A stretch of DNA of 64,000 bases from Rhodoferax sp. (GTDB lineage: Bacteria > Pseudomonadota > Gammaproteobacteria > Burkholderiales > Burkholderiaceae_C). The first letter of the stretch is position 1. Every line of letters starts with the position of its first letter. The notes beneath the pieces were generated by a model that searched no databases, was not told the DNA's origin, and saw only the letters and a program-made list of their open reading frames with translations. Positions 34,101 through 41,871 of the stretch are shown here, in pieces. The position numbers were made by a program, and so were the translations under genes. The DNA lies in NCBI GenBank assembly GCA_041910275.1, contig JAYRRD010000147.1, positions 16,493 through 80,492 on the forward strand, read 5' to 3'.

Positions 34101-37029
34101 GCCGCTGGCAGCCGGTGCGCTGGCGCGGCTGCATATCCAGGCACCCTTCTGGCCGGCGACGGTGTTGCTGAGTGTCGAACGTGAAGGCGTGCTGCAAGCC
34201 AGTACCCACCGGCTGACGCAAGCCAGCAGCCAGATTGACCTGCCGCTACAGGCACATTTCGCACCCAATGTGCGGATTGCGGCGCGTTTTATGCGCGGGC
34301 TGAACGATATACCCACAGCCTCTGCCGATACCGCGCCCGTACTCACCACAGAACACCAGCTGGCCGTCAAAATTGCCCCGGATCGCTTTGCCCTGGATGT
34401 GCGCGTACAAACTGATCCTACCCATGCCCGTATTGCACCCGGCGGGACGGCCCAGGTACACGTCACGGTGCGCCAGCGCCAGGGGGGCAAGGCGGCAGCG
34501 GGAGCGCGTGTGACGCTGGTAGCCGTGGACGAGGCTTTGCTGGCGCTCAAAGGCAACCCGAGCTGGAATGTTTTGGATGCCATGCTGCGCGAGCGCTCCA
34601 TTGCCGTTTCCGGCAGTGCGCTGGACCGCTGGCTGCGCCACAAACTGCGCTTTGGGCCGCAACCCGCCTATTGGCCACCCGACGATAGGGCGCGCGCGTC
34701 CGAGGCACCCGAAGCCAAGGCCGAGCAGGGCTATGCCAACGCCCCGATGAAAGCAGCACGCCTCGCAGCCGCGCCCGCGCCAGCCCCGGCGATGATGGCG
34801 GGCGCGGCCAGCGCCGACCTGGACGCTGCCAAAGAGACTGCGCCGGACGGCAGCCGCACCCGCAGCAACTTCAGTTCGCTGGCGCTGTGGCACACCGATG
34901 TCGTGCTGGATGCCCAGGGTACGGCGCGCGTGCCCGTCACCTTCAACGACAGCCTGACACGCTGGCGCATCGTCGCCCTGGCTGTGGATGGCGCCGACCG
35001 CTTTGGCCACGGCCAGACCAGCGTCGAAGTCAGCCAGGCATTGCAGCTGTATTCCGGTTTGCCACCTCTGCTGCGCAGTGGCGACCGCCTGACGCAACAA
35101 GTCACCGTGCGCAATACGGGTAGCGTAGCCTTGCAGCTGGAATTCAGCGCAGTGGCCCGCATGCAGCGCCCGCAGGATGCATCACCCTCTGCGGTGTGCG
35201 ATCCATCGCGCCGCCAAAACAGCTGCGCTGCGGCCACTGCCGAACAGGATGCCGTGGCGCGTGGTCTGCGTGTGCAGCGCAGCCTGAAACTTCTTCCAGG
35301 ACAGGCGCAGGATGTATCGTGGCCAGTGGCTGTGCCCGAAGGGGTGGAGCGGCTGGACTGGGACATTGAAGCGCGTAGCGCCGCACCCAGGGAACGCGAC
35401 CACCTGCAACTCAGCCAGCGCGTGGTGGCCGCCTTGCCCGTGACGGTACGCCAATCAACCCTTTTGCAGATCAAGGGCGAAGCCAGCTTACCCGTCAGCC
35501 GTCCTGGCGATGCCCAGCCCGGCCAGGGCGGCGTGCAGGTGGCCCTGAGCGACAGCCTGGTGCGCACCGCCTTGCAACAGGTGCGCCGCTGGATGGCGGA
35601 CTATCCGTTTGCCTGCCTGGAGCAAAAAGCCAGCAAGCTGGTTGCCGCAGGGGACGCCGCCGGTTGGAACCGTTTAATGCAGGAATTGCCCAAGTACCTC
35701 GACCAGAACGGCTTGGCACGCTACTTCAATGAAAGCACGCTGACGGGCAGCGAGGTTCTTACGGCCTACCTCCTGGACATAGCGCAGGCCACAGGCTGGG
35801 CCATTCCTGAAGCCGCACGCCAGAAAATGCTCGCCGGTCTGCAACGCGCCTGGACGCAGGCCGATCCGCTCGACTGGCAACCCTGGCGCACGCCGATAAG
35901 CAACACGGCGCGCCAACTCGCACTGCAAGCCACGCTGGCATCCCAGGGATACTTGCGCAGCATGGAAGCGCTTCGTACCCGCCCGGAAGACCTTAATCAA
36001 CTCCCCACGCTGGCCCTGGTGGACTGGGCACGCACCCTGCTGGCCCTGCCGCCCACGCCGGACAGTACGACCGCCTTGCAACAGGCCGCGATGCAGCTGC
36101 GCAGCCGCTACGACGTGCAGGGCACGCGCCTGAACTGGCGCAGCGATGACCGTGACCACTGGTGGTGGTGGATGTGGAACGGCGATGTGGCCATGGCCCG
36201 CAGCGTAGCGCTGGTCCAGCAATGGCAGCAGCGCGATGCCTCCTGGCAGGCCGATCTGCCGCTGCTGATCCAGGGGCTGATTGGTCGCCAGCAACAAGGG
36301 CGCTGGAGCACAACGGTCGCCAACGTCTGGGGCACGCTGGCGTTACAAACCTTCGCCACCAGCACCGAAGCCGGTCCGGTCACTGGAAAAACCACGCTGG
36401 CGCTGGCACCAGCCGATGCAGCGCCGGTGACCGTCAACTGGCCGCAGCCGCCCGTAACCCTGCTGCGCCAGGACGCGAAACAGGTGGACACCCGCCTGCT
36501 GCTGACGCACCAGGGCAGCGGTGCGCCCTGGGCCAATGTCAGCATTACGGCGGCGGTTCGCTTGCAGCAGCCGTACCACGCGGGCCTACAGGTCGAAAAA
36601 ACCGTCACCCCGGTGGAGCAAAAACAGCCCGGACAATGGTCAGTGGGCGATGTGGTGCGTGTGACGCTCAAACTGCAATCGCAGGCCGAGCTGACCTGGG
36701 TGGCGGTGCTGGACCCCATACCCTCGGGCGCCACCATCCTGGGCCGTGGCCTGGGGCGCGAAAGCCAGCTGGCCCAGCAGGGCCAAGGCAGCAGCGGCGG
36801 AGCCTGGCCGTCGTATATCGAGCGTGCCCATGACAGCTACCGGGCCTACTACCGCTGGGTACCACGCGGCACCTGGAGCATCGACTACAGCATGCGCCTG
36901 AACAACGCCGGCACCTTCGAGCTACCCGCCACCCGCGCCGAAGCCTTGTACGTCCCGGAAATCTTCGGCGAAAACCCCAATCCGGTCTGGGTCGTCAAGG
37001 CAGCGGGGGAAATCGGCATAGGAAAGTAG
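31102..37029 (+). CDS. bacterial alpha-2-macroglobulin family protein with intact thioester motif
   Basis: 1975 aa. Signal peptide MHLRFLLCTLAATLCVLFPVVHA and repeated MG-like beta-rich regions. Thioester motif YPFACLEQKAS (CLEQ encoded at 35614-35625). C-terminal receptor-binding-like domain. Start chosen at 31102, which follows a GAGGG ribosome-binding site. Confidence 0.9.
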   Translation: MHLRFLLCTLAATLCVLFPVVHAQGMPPSVDSFSPQGEVRSVQQVAVRFSQDMVALGKADAPAPVQLQCDGAPPVTTRWLDTRRWVAEFTATLPIGTRCTARLRTDLRALSGAAVVPAGPWNFHTGGPKVSWQQPYNGYQVVEQQVFVLYADAPLARDTLAGALRCQIKGQEGDIPVTVLDAAATRAQWIKVRSADDFVPERTVALRCAQALPVDATVQLVWGRTITTPSGVASGGDQTLGPWRVRPAFAAKVVCAQIAGTTGCDPRQNLRVEFTERVKTEALRSASLHDAQGKAYPLLPQSHFEADSTRALVTQLQRNGAQELLPEGATLSLRLPEALLDVDGRRLSNQREFPKALPIATLPPYLGFVEAPGVLPWARGEPLHWPLAVRRLEPSLAVQVMRLGGAMRDPAASGSALQRRALASKQALALWHSAQDWPQRSPGAENIYPVLARQQLDWAQLETQTVEGSAVEALNFVPVKLTQPGLYLLEAHSPRFSGHLRAALAASDSAPPVGLEPRASLVQVSNLNLSVRLSAQGDSLLWATAIDTGLPVGGVEVDWLDCRGEVLAQGSTDVQGLMPISASATRSAATQSCQGASGAGHFGLAVVARKGDDLAVLGDIGYSHRYGFDSYSRSSSLGHTVFDRTLFKAGETVSMQHLQRLLTADGFAFPPEGSGKVELRFQDGGLVATLPVQWDATGSATSQWHIPETAKLGRYTASVTGSNGRAHQASFQVEEFRSPVFEAALTGRAQWSAGQQRLPLALRLSYLAGGAAAGEAVSVAGQYLAGATAPVPGYVFSDATLPDWQAPAFTTLATRLDAQGQAQLDPALPVFDRPVTLNAEMRFSDPNGEVQTVGQSFALWSSPIRLGIRATPQSKVAQERTRTSVRLQAVVLDAHNQPLAKKPLTLTARPVRWDSRRSKSKSIEWLGPVRTVCQQDSDERGQIACDWADVPEKEDADWLFAVHTQESSTTSITSNQVVYRYQLRWAPSAEVLALAPGQTQPLAAGALARLHIQAPFWPATVLLSVEREGVLQASTHRLTQASSQIDLPLQAHFAPNVRIAARFMRGLNDIPTASADTAPVLTTEHQLAVKIAPDRFALDVRVQTDPTHARIAPGGTAQVHVTVRQRQGGKAAAGARVTLVAVDEALLALKGNPSWNVLDAMLRERSIAVSGSALDRWLRHKLRFGPQPAYWPPDDRARASEAPEAKAEQGYANAPMKAARLAAAPAPAPAMMAGAASADLDAAKETAPDGSRTRSNFSSLALWHTDVVLDAQGTARVPVTFNDSLTRWRIVALAVDGADRFGHGQTSVEVSQALQLYSGLPPLLRSGDRLTQQVTVRNTGSVALQLEFSAVARMQRPQDASPSAVCDPSRRQNSCAAATAEQDAVARGLRVQRSLKLLPGQAQDVSWPVAVPEGVERLDWDIEARSAAPRERDHLQLSQRVVAALPVTVRQSTLLQIKGEASLPVSRPGDAQPGQGGVQVALSDSLVRTALQQVRRWMADYPFACLEQKASKLVAAGDAAGWNRLMQELPKYLDQNGLARYFNESTLTGSEVLTAYLLDIAQATGWAIPEAARQKMLAGLQRAWTQADPLDWQPWRTPISNTARQLALQATLASQGYLRSMEALRTRPEDLNQLPTLALVDWARTLLALPPTPDSTTALQQAAMQLRSRYDVQGTRLNWRSDDRDHWWWWMWNGDVAMARSVALVQQWQQRDASWQADLPLLIQGLIGRQQQGRWSTTVANVWGTLALQTFATSTEAGPVTGKTTLALAPADAAPVTVNWPQPPVTLLRQDAKQVDTRLLLTHQGSGAPWANVSITAAVRLQQPYHAGLQVEKTVTPVEQKQPGQWSVGDVVRVTLKLQSQAELTWVAVLDPIPSGATILGRGLGRESQLAQQGQGSSGGAWPSYIERAHDSYRAYYRWVPRGTWSIDYSMRLNNAGTFELPATRAEALYVPEIFGENPNPVWVVKAAGEIGIGK

Positions 37030-37077
37030 CCATCGCTATCGGAACCGATGCGGGCAAATTGCAAAGCCGATCACGAC

Positions 37078-37219
37078 TTAACTTTCATGGTTTGTCATCC
37101 ACCCCGAATCATGAAACCATTTGACCAACGCGCCTCTAAGCCCTTCGACTTCGCTCAGGGCACGCAAAACCGAGGAAAACGTGCCCTGAGCGGAGTCGAA
37201 GAGCATGGTGTTTCACGCC
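37078..37219. repeat. intergenic repeat family A, copy 2
   Basis: Same element as 26561-26716 and 53383-53524. A 22-bp stem (37143-37164 pairs with 37180-37201, one G-T position) encloses a 15-nt loop. Confidence 0.85.
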
Positions 37220-37221
37220 AA

Positions 37222-37242
37222 AATCCTGCAATCATAGGAATT
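37222..37242 (+). promoter_or_regulatory. putative HipB operator 1 (inverted repeat, N8 spacer)
   Basis: AATCCTgcaatcatAGGAATT. The half-sites are arranged like the second site and like the E. coli hipBA operator architecture TATCC-N8-GGATA. Confidence 0.45.
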
Positions 37243-37270
37243 TTTTCAAAATAACGTCATCTCAGGATAA

Positions 37271-37292
37271 AATTCCTGCATCCGTAGGAATT
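37271..37292 (+). promoter_or_regulatory. putative HipB operator 2, overlapping the hipB ribosome-binding site
   Basis: AATTCCTgcatccgtAGGAATT with perfect 7-bp arms. It ends 2 nt before the hipB ATG, and the right arm contains the AGGA Shine-Dalgarno sequence. Confidence 0.5.
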
Positions 37293-37294
37293 AC

Positions 37295-37582
37295 ATGCAA
37301 ATCCCTGTTCAATCGGTAGCTGAATTAGGCCTCGCTCTACGTGCTGCACGCAAGAGTGCCAAAGTGCGTCTTGATGATCTGGCGGAAATCACGGGCGTTA
37401 GCAAGCAATTTGTTTCGGATGTGGAATACGGCAAGCAGACCGTGCAATTCGGTCTTGTGCTGCGCTTACTTGCTGAAATGGGATTGAAATTGGTCGTCGA
37501 TATTCCGTCTTCTGCCGAATCCGAGATGATGGCCCTGCAAGCCAAGGGTGGTGTGGGTGTGAAAAAGCCAGGCCATGCGTAG
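37295..37582 (+). CDS. hipB: HipB-like XRE-family HTH antitoxin
   Basis: 95 aa. LGLALRAARKSAKVRLDDLAEITGVSKQFVSDVEYGKQTVQFGLVLRLLAEMGLKL is a Cro/C1 HTH. It overlaps the start of the hipA-like gene by 8 nt. Confidence 0.85.
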   Translation: MQIPVQSVAELGLALRAARKSAKVRLDDLAEITGVSKQFVSDVEYGKQTVQFGLVLRLLAEMGLKLVVDIPSSAESEMMALQAKGGVGVKKPGHA

Positions 37583-38888
37583 CTTGCATGTTTACCTGAA
37601 CAGGACACGGGTTGGTGTTTTGTTCGAGGGTAATGGCCTTTGGTCTTTTGAGTACGACAAAGCATGGGCAAGCACAGTGTCCGGGTTTGACTTGGCACCA
37701 GGTTTGCCGCGTGCCCGGTTGCTGCACGTGGATGGCGGCACAAATCGTCCGATCCAGTGGTACTTTGACAACCTGCTGCCTGAAGAGAAGCTGCGCGAAA
37801 CGGTCAGCAAGGAAGCGGGACTTGACAGTGATGATGCTTTTGCGCTTTTGGCGTATCTGGGGGCGGAGTCCACAGGTTCGCTGGTGTTGCTGCCGCCTGA
37901 GCAGGCTGCACCAGAAATGGGTGATTTGCGGCCCTTGCATGACGGGGTATTGAGTCAGCGCATTCGGGATTTGTCTCGGGAATCCCTAAGCAAGGAAGCA
38001 CCCAAGCGCATGTCGGTGGCAGGCGCACAGAACAAGTTGCTTGTGGTTTATCGGAACGGGCAATTGTTTGAGCCGGTCGGGGCGCAGCCTTCCACGCACA
38101 TTCTCAAGCCGGATCACATCAGCGATGATTTCCCGGCTTCGGTCATGAACGAATACATCACCATGCAGCTTGCCGGGAAGCTTGGGTTGCAGCCGCCGAA
38201 GGTGTATCGCCGCTATGTGCCCCAGCCGGTCTACATCGTTGCGCGTTTTGACCGGTATGTAGACGAGGCTGGCCTCACGCAGCGCCGCCACATCATTGAC
38301 GCCTGTCAGCTATTGAACAAACCCCGTTCTTTCAAGAACAGCGCGGCCACGTTGGACACACTGGTTGAATGCATCATGCAATGTCGCAACAGGGCTGGCG
38401 CACGTCTGCAACTTTTTCGCTGGCTGGTATTCAACGTACTGGTTGCCAATGATGACAACCATCTCAAGAACATTTCATTCCATGTTGGACCGGATGGCAT
38501 TGATCTCTGCCCACCCTACGACCTGTTGAGTACCGGGACTTACCATACACGTGCTTTTGCCGACCATCGCGCTACCTGGCCTTCGATACCGATGATGATT
38601 CCACTTCCGGGGGCCAGTACATTTGGTGCGGTCAATCGATCCGTCTTGCTGGAATCCAGCGTAGCTTTGGGACTGACGCGGCGAATCGGTGAGCGGGAAT
38701 TACACCGGATGGTCACTGCCCTACCCCAGGCACTGGCGGAACTGATACAGGGCATCGAAGCTGAAAATGAACAACTCCCTGAACAGGTTCGCCCCTATCT
38801 GGGAGGGGAAATGCGCTTGTTACGCACCATGCAGCATCTGGTTATTCCCGAGATGCTGGCATGTGCGGACAACAACCGCCATGGGTGA
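37575..38888 (+). CDS. hipA: HipA-family serine/threonine kinase toxin
   Basis: 437 aa. N-terminal LHVYLNRTRVGVL..., SVAGAQNKLLV, HILKPD, and catalytic-loop VLVANDDNHLKNISF...PPYDLLST. Confidence 0.9.
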   Translation: MRSLHVYLNRTRVGVLFEGNGLWSFEYDKAWASTVSGFDLAPGLPRARLLHVDGGTNRPIQWYFDNLLPEEKLRETVSKEAGLDSDDAFALLAYLGAESTGSLVLLPPEQAAPEMGDLRPLHDGVLSQRIRDLSRESLSKEAPKRMSVAGAQNKLLVVYRNGQLFEPVGAQPSTHILKPDHISDDFPASVMNEYITMQLAGKLGLQPPKVYRRYVPQPVYIVARFDRYVDEAGLTQRRHIIDACQLLNKPRSFKNSAATLDTLVECIMQCRNRAGARLQLFRWLVFNVLVANDDNHLKNISFHVGPDGIDLCPPYDLLSTGTYHTRAFADHRATWPSIPMMIPLPGASTFGAVNRSVLLESSVALGLTRRIGERELHRMVTALPQALAELIQGIEAENEQLPEQVRPYLGGEMRLLRTMQHLVIPEMLACADNNRHG

Positions 38889-38895
38889 ATCGCCA

Positions 38896-39075
38896 TACTA
38901 CGTTTTCAGTAGCTTTCCCCGCTTGTCCCACCGGGTCTGGAGGCTGATTTAATGCCTTATTTGAGGCCAGATCGAGGCTAAAAACGTGCCGCACAGGCTT
39001 GCGGGGGGCATTTGCAGTGCAGCTGTGGTGCTTTTCATATCACGGGTGATATGAAACTGGCGTGATTCCGATTCC
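38896..39075 (-). repeat. intergenic repeat family B, copy 2 (reverse orientation) between the two hipA modules
   Basis: Reverse complement of the 14441-14619 / 57244-57405 element. The perfect palindrome tttcatatcacgggtgatatgaaa lies at 39033-39056. Confidence 0.85.
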
Positions 39076-39158
39076 ATGTGATGCATGTAGGGGTGGCCAG
39101 TTACACGGTTTTCCAGGTAACATGCACCCATACATTGCTTCATTACCGATAGAATTTC

Positions 39159-40502
39159 GTGCAAATGACTGAAAACTGCTCCGTTCAACTTTTCTGCGCT
39201 GGCGTGTGGCACGACGTTGCAAGCGTGGTGCGCCTTGGCCCTGAGCAAGACGGGTGGCGGGCGCGGACGTTTTCGGGTTATTCGGTCGATTGGGCCGTTG
39301 ATTTCCCGGCTGCGCGTGACGCACACGCCTTGTCGTGCCAGATACCCGTCGGTCTGGAGCCGCTCTTGCTGCCGCATTGGCCGGTTTTCCTCATCGACAT
39401 GCTCCCCCAGGGCTTTGGGCGCGAAGAGGTGTTGCGCCGTATCCATCTACCCCCGACAGCCGCAGAACGTGTGGACTGGCGCTTGCTCAAAGCCGGGGGC
39501 GGAAATCCCATCGGGAACCTGCGGATCAAGGAAGCCGCACAATGGCTTTTGGACAACACGGGAGCCATTCGCGGCTTCACCGACGAGGAGGTGGCCTCCC
39601 GTGGCGAGGATTTTGCGGAGTATCTGACTTCGCACGGGCTCTTTGTTGCTGGCTCTTCGGGTGTGCAAGGCGAGTGGCCCAAGATTTTGCTCACCCGCGC
39701 CCGTGACGGCTTGCTGTACCTGGACCACACCCTGCCCGACGACCAGGCCAGCGAACACTACATCGTGAAGTTCGGGCGGGGAAGCAATGCGGCCCTGGCC
39801 AACATACTGCGCCACGAAGTGCCCTACATGGAGCTGGCGCGGCTGCTGGGCCTGCGCGTACACGCTGCACTGGTTTTGAAGCAACGGGCACTGTTTATTC
39901 CGCGCTTTGACAGAATGGTCCAAGACGGTGGCGTCGTGCGGCTCGCGCAGGAGAGCATTGCCACATTGACTGGCCTGCCTGGGTTTGACGCGCTGCCCAG
40001 CCACGACCAGGTCTGTCGGGAGCTGATGGCCCGCTGCACCCACCCCGAGGCGGAGGTGTTGGAATACATCAAGCGCGATGTGGCCAATCTGGCATTGGGC
40101 AACAAGGACAACCACGCCCGAAATACCGCCGTGCAAAGAGACTTCGCCGGTGGTGTACGGTTGACGCCGCTGTATGACTTTGCGCCCATGTTCCTGCACC
40201 CCGATGGCATCGCCCGGCGTATCCGGTGGCTTGATAACGACGGCGGCAGCCCGGACTGGGGCAAGGTGCTCAACCGGGTCTGCGAAATCAGCGCAGAAAT
40301 CCAGCCCAAAGCGCGCCGCACACGCAAAAAGACACCCCCCGCCTTGCGCCGGGAAGTTCTGGTCGCCGGACTGAAGACCATGGTGCCAGCCCTGCGGGAA
40401 ATTGCCGAACGCGGTGCGCACATGGGCCTGGACAGTGCGGTGCTAAACCACCTGCGAGCAGGTATCCTGGCGCAGGCTGAACGCCTGGACGCGCTGGAGT
40501 AG
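39159..40502 (+). CDS. second HipA-domain kinase (divergent paralog)
   Basis: 447 aa. FLIDMLPQGFGRE..., GSSGVQGEWPKILL, HYIVKFGRG, catalytic-loop LALGNKDNHARNTAV...LTPLYDFAPM. Confidence 0.8.
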   Translation: MQMTENCSVQLFCAGVWHDVASVVRLGPEQDGWRARTFSGYSVDWAVDFPAARDAHALSCQIPVGLEPLLLPHWPVFLIDMLPQGFGREEVLRRIHLPPTAAERVDWRLLKAGGGNPIGNLRIKEAAQWLLDNTGAIRGFTDEEVASRGEDFAEYLTSHGLFVAGSSGVQGEWPKILLTRARDGLLYLDHTLPDDQASEHYIVKFGRGSNAALANILRHEVPYMELARLLGLRVHAALVLKQRALFIPRFDRMVQDGGVVRLAQESIATLTGLPGFDALPSHDQVCRELMARCTHPEAEVLEYIKRDVANLALGNKDNHARNTAVQRDFAGGVRLTPLYDFAPMFLHPDGIARRIRWLDNDGGSPDWGKVLNRVCEISAEIQPKARRTRKKTPPALRREVLVAGLKTMVPALREIAERGAHMGLDSAVLNHLRAGILAQAERLDALE

Positions 40503-40508
40503 GCATTC

Positions 40509-40820
40509 ATGGACAAACGCTATACCGCGCTCACGCTGCAACAGCAACTGGAACTGCGCCGCCAGGCCGTGGACGATGTCCTGGCGCACCCGGAGTGGAA
40601 TCTTCCACACGCCATCCGGCACCTCAAGAAAACCATGCGACTCACCACCGCCGAACTGGCCAAGCTGTCAGGCGTGGGATTTCGCACCTTGCAAGACATC
40701 GAGCAGGAGCGCAGCGACGGCAGCGTTCAAACCATGAACCGAATCTTTGCGGTACTGGGTTTGAAGCTGGGTGTCGTGCGGGCAGCCCCCAGCCCGGAGG
40801 ATGTTGTCACCAACTCCTGA
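40509..40820 (+). CDS. XRE-family HTH protein downstream of the HipA-like kinase (putative antitoxin, inverted gene order)
   Basis: 103 aa. KKTMRLTTAELAKLSGVGFRTLQDIEQERSDGSVQTMNRIFAVLGLKLGVV is an HTH_3-like segment. It starts 7 nt after the kinase stop. Confidence 0.75.
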   Translation: MDKRYTALTLQQQLELRRQAVDDVLAHPEWNLPHAIRHLKKTMRLTTAELAKLSGVGFRTLQDIEQERSDGSVQTMNRIFAVLGLKLGVVRAAPSPEDVVTNS

Positions 40821-40874
40821 AAAAATAGCTGCCCTCGCTCTCCACACGGGGGCTACAGGCCAGAATGCCTTCAA
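40753..40874 (+). repeat. direct repeat DR1 (3' end of the HTH gene plus a family-B-related tail)
   Basis: tactgggtttgaagctggg..gtcgtgcgggcagccccc.gcccggagg.tgttgtca...ctcctgaaaaaatagct..cc.cgctctccacacgggggctacaggccagaatgccttcaa recurs at 41663-41811. Confidence 0.85.
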
Positions 40875-40926
40875 GTTTCAGTATTCCCGGCACTTCAAGG
40901 GAGCGCCGTCCACTTTAATTGTCACA

Positions 40927-41211
40927 TTACGCAGGAACATCGGCGGCGCTGGCGTACAGCGCGCCAAAATCGTTTTCGTCAAAGACACTCTCAACCACGG
41001 CATACGGGGGACCGTTCAACCAGGATGGATCGTCTGTGATGGTTGTCGTCTGCGTTCCATCCGGGTTCCGGGTTGTTGTCTCGTGCGGCTCCAAGCTAAT
41101 GGCGCAAATGGTGCGCGTGCCAACGTCAGTGCAACGCCAGCGCCCGGTTTCAGTCCAGAACTCCAGGCCAATGAAGAAATCAGCGTGGTCAAGACAGCCA
41201 TCTTGCATCAT
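40927..41211 (-). CDS. hypothetical 94-aa protein coupled to the MqsA-like gene
   Basis: Its ATG overlaps the stop of the upstream MqsA-like gene (4-nt overlap). I recognise no domain. Confidence 0.5.
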   Translation of the reverse strand: MMQDGCLDHADFFIGLEFWTETGRWRCTDVGTRTICAISLEPHETTTRNPDGTQTTTITDDPSWLNGPPYAVVESVFDENDFGALYASAADVPA

Positions 41212-41627
41212 GCCGCCCTGATTTCGTTGAGCAATTCCGGGTGCTTGTCCAGCAGTTTGAACAGCAGCACAGTGGATTTGTGGGGCTGCGTCTTGCCGCG
41301 TTCGTACTCGGAAAATGCGCTGCTGCCCCCGCCAAACAGATGCCCGGCTTCCACCTGGCGCAGTCCCAGCTTCTTGCGTGTGGCACGTATTGCTGCGGCT
41401 GTGTCGGCATCGACCTGCGCGCGTACTGCATCCAACACTGCGCCATACCGCTCGCCTTCCCCGTCATCAAAAAGGCAATCCCCACACACCGGGCAATGCC
41501 ACCCCAGAACCTGGGGAACCGTTGCGTGCCGCTCCCCTATGGTGGCACTCAAATCGCGCGCGCCGTACTCCAGGAAGCTAAGCACACGGTTTTCATCGCA
41601 CTGCAAACAAAACAGTTTTTCTTCCAC
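41208..41627 (-). CDS. MqsA/YgiT-type zinc-finger plus HTH antitoxin-like protein
   Basis: Two Cys pairs CLQC...CPVCGD (zinc ribbon), followed by LGLRQVEAGHLFGGGSSAFSEYERGKTQPHKSTVLLFKLLDKHPELL (HTH_3). I prefer the GTG start at 41627, preceded by AAGGAG. The track ORF extends to 41684. Confidence 0.7.
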   Translation of the reverse strand: MEEKLFCLQCDENRVLSFLEYGARDLSATIGERHATVPQVLGWHCPVCGDCLFDDGEGERYGAVLDAVRAQVDADTAAAIRATRKKLGLRQVEAGHLFGGGSSAFSEYERGKTQPHKSTVLLFKLLDKHPELLNEIRAA

Positions 41628-41662
41628 TTCACTTCTCCTTGAACCCAAAGACTGCAAGCGCA

Positions 41663-41811
41663 TACTGGGTTTGAAGCTGGGCATCGTGCGGGCAGCCCCC
41701 GGCCCGGAGGTTGTTGTCAGCCAGGATGGAGTTACTTCCAGCCCTGTAAACTCCTGAAAAAATAGCTATCCCCGCTCTCCACACGGGGGCTACAGGCCAG
41801 AATGCCTTCAA
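41663..41811 (+). repeat. direct repeat DR2 (copy of DR1 with a ~27-nt insertion; retains a gene-remnant reading frame)
   Basis: Encodes ...LGLKLGIVRAAPGPEVVV..., parallel to the C-terminus LGLKLGVVRAAPSPEDVV of the 40509-40820 protein, but with no upstream body. Confidence 0.8.
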
Positions 41812-41837
41812 ATTCTTGAGAGTGAGGCGCTGCTGGT

Positions 41838-41871
41838 GGTTTTGCATCAGCAAAAACTGCGATGCAAAACC
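41838..41871. repeat. 11-bp stem hairpin at the centre of a ~200-bp imperfect palindrome (41757-41965) built from diverged family-B tails
   Basis: ggttttgcatc-agcaaaaactgc-gatgcaaaacc. It is flanked on the left by a reverse-oriented tail (41757-41811) and on the right by a forward-oriented tail (41881-41965, ...aatcagcctccagcccctgtgggccgagcgaggacagctatcaataacgcagtaa). Confidence 0.7.

Noticed and set aside
31150-36737. Many 100-540-aa ORFs on both strands inside the alpha-2-macroglobulin gene, for example 31518-32960(-), 32371-33996(-), 34246-35100(-) and 36162-36833(+).
   Set aside because: All overlap a single continuous 1975-aa frame with a signal peptide and thioester motif. Their sequences are low-complexity Arg/Ala/Pro-rich, as expected from off-frame GC-rich coding DNA.
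37048-37254. Small ORFs encoding ...LTFMVCHPPRIMKPFDQRA..PFD.AQGTQNR.KRALSG.E... at 37048-37254 and 53336-53524, with a related sequence at 26561-26716.
   Set aside because: They coincide exactly with the family-A hairpin repeat. Peptide conservation simply reflects DNA repeat conservation, and the element lies in intergenic positions in varying contexts. I treat them as non-coding repeats.
40771-41757. 328-aa plus-strand ORF spanning the MqsA-like cassette.
   Set aside because: It begins out of frame inside the 3' end of the HTH gene and runs antisense through two better-supported minus-strand genes. Only its last ~30 aa (inside DR2) resemble a real protein, the duplicated HTH C-terminus. 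I interpret it as a chance open frame plus a gene remnant.
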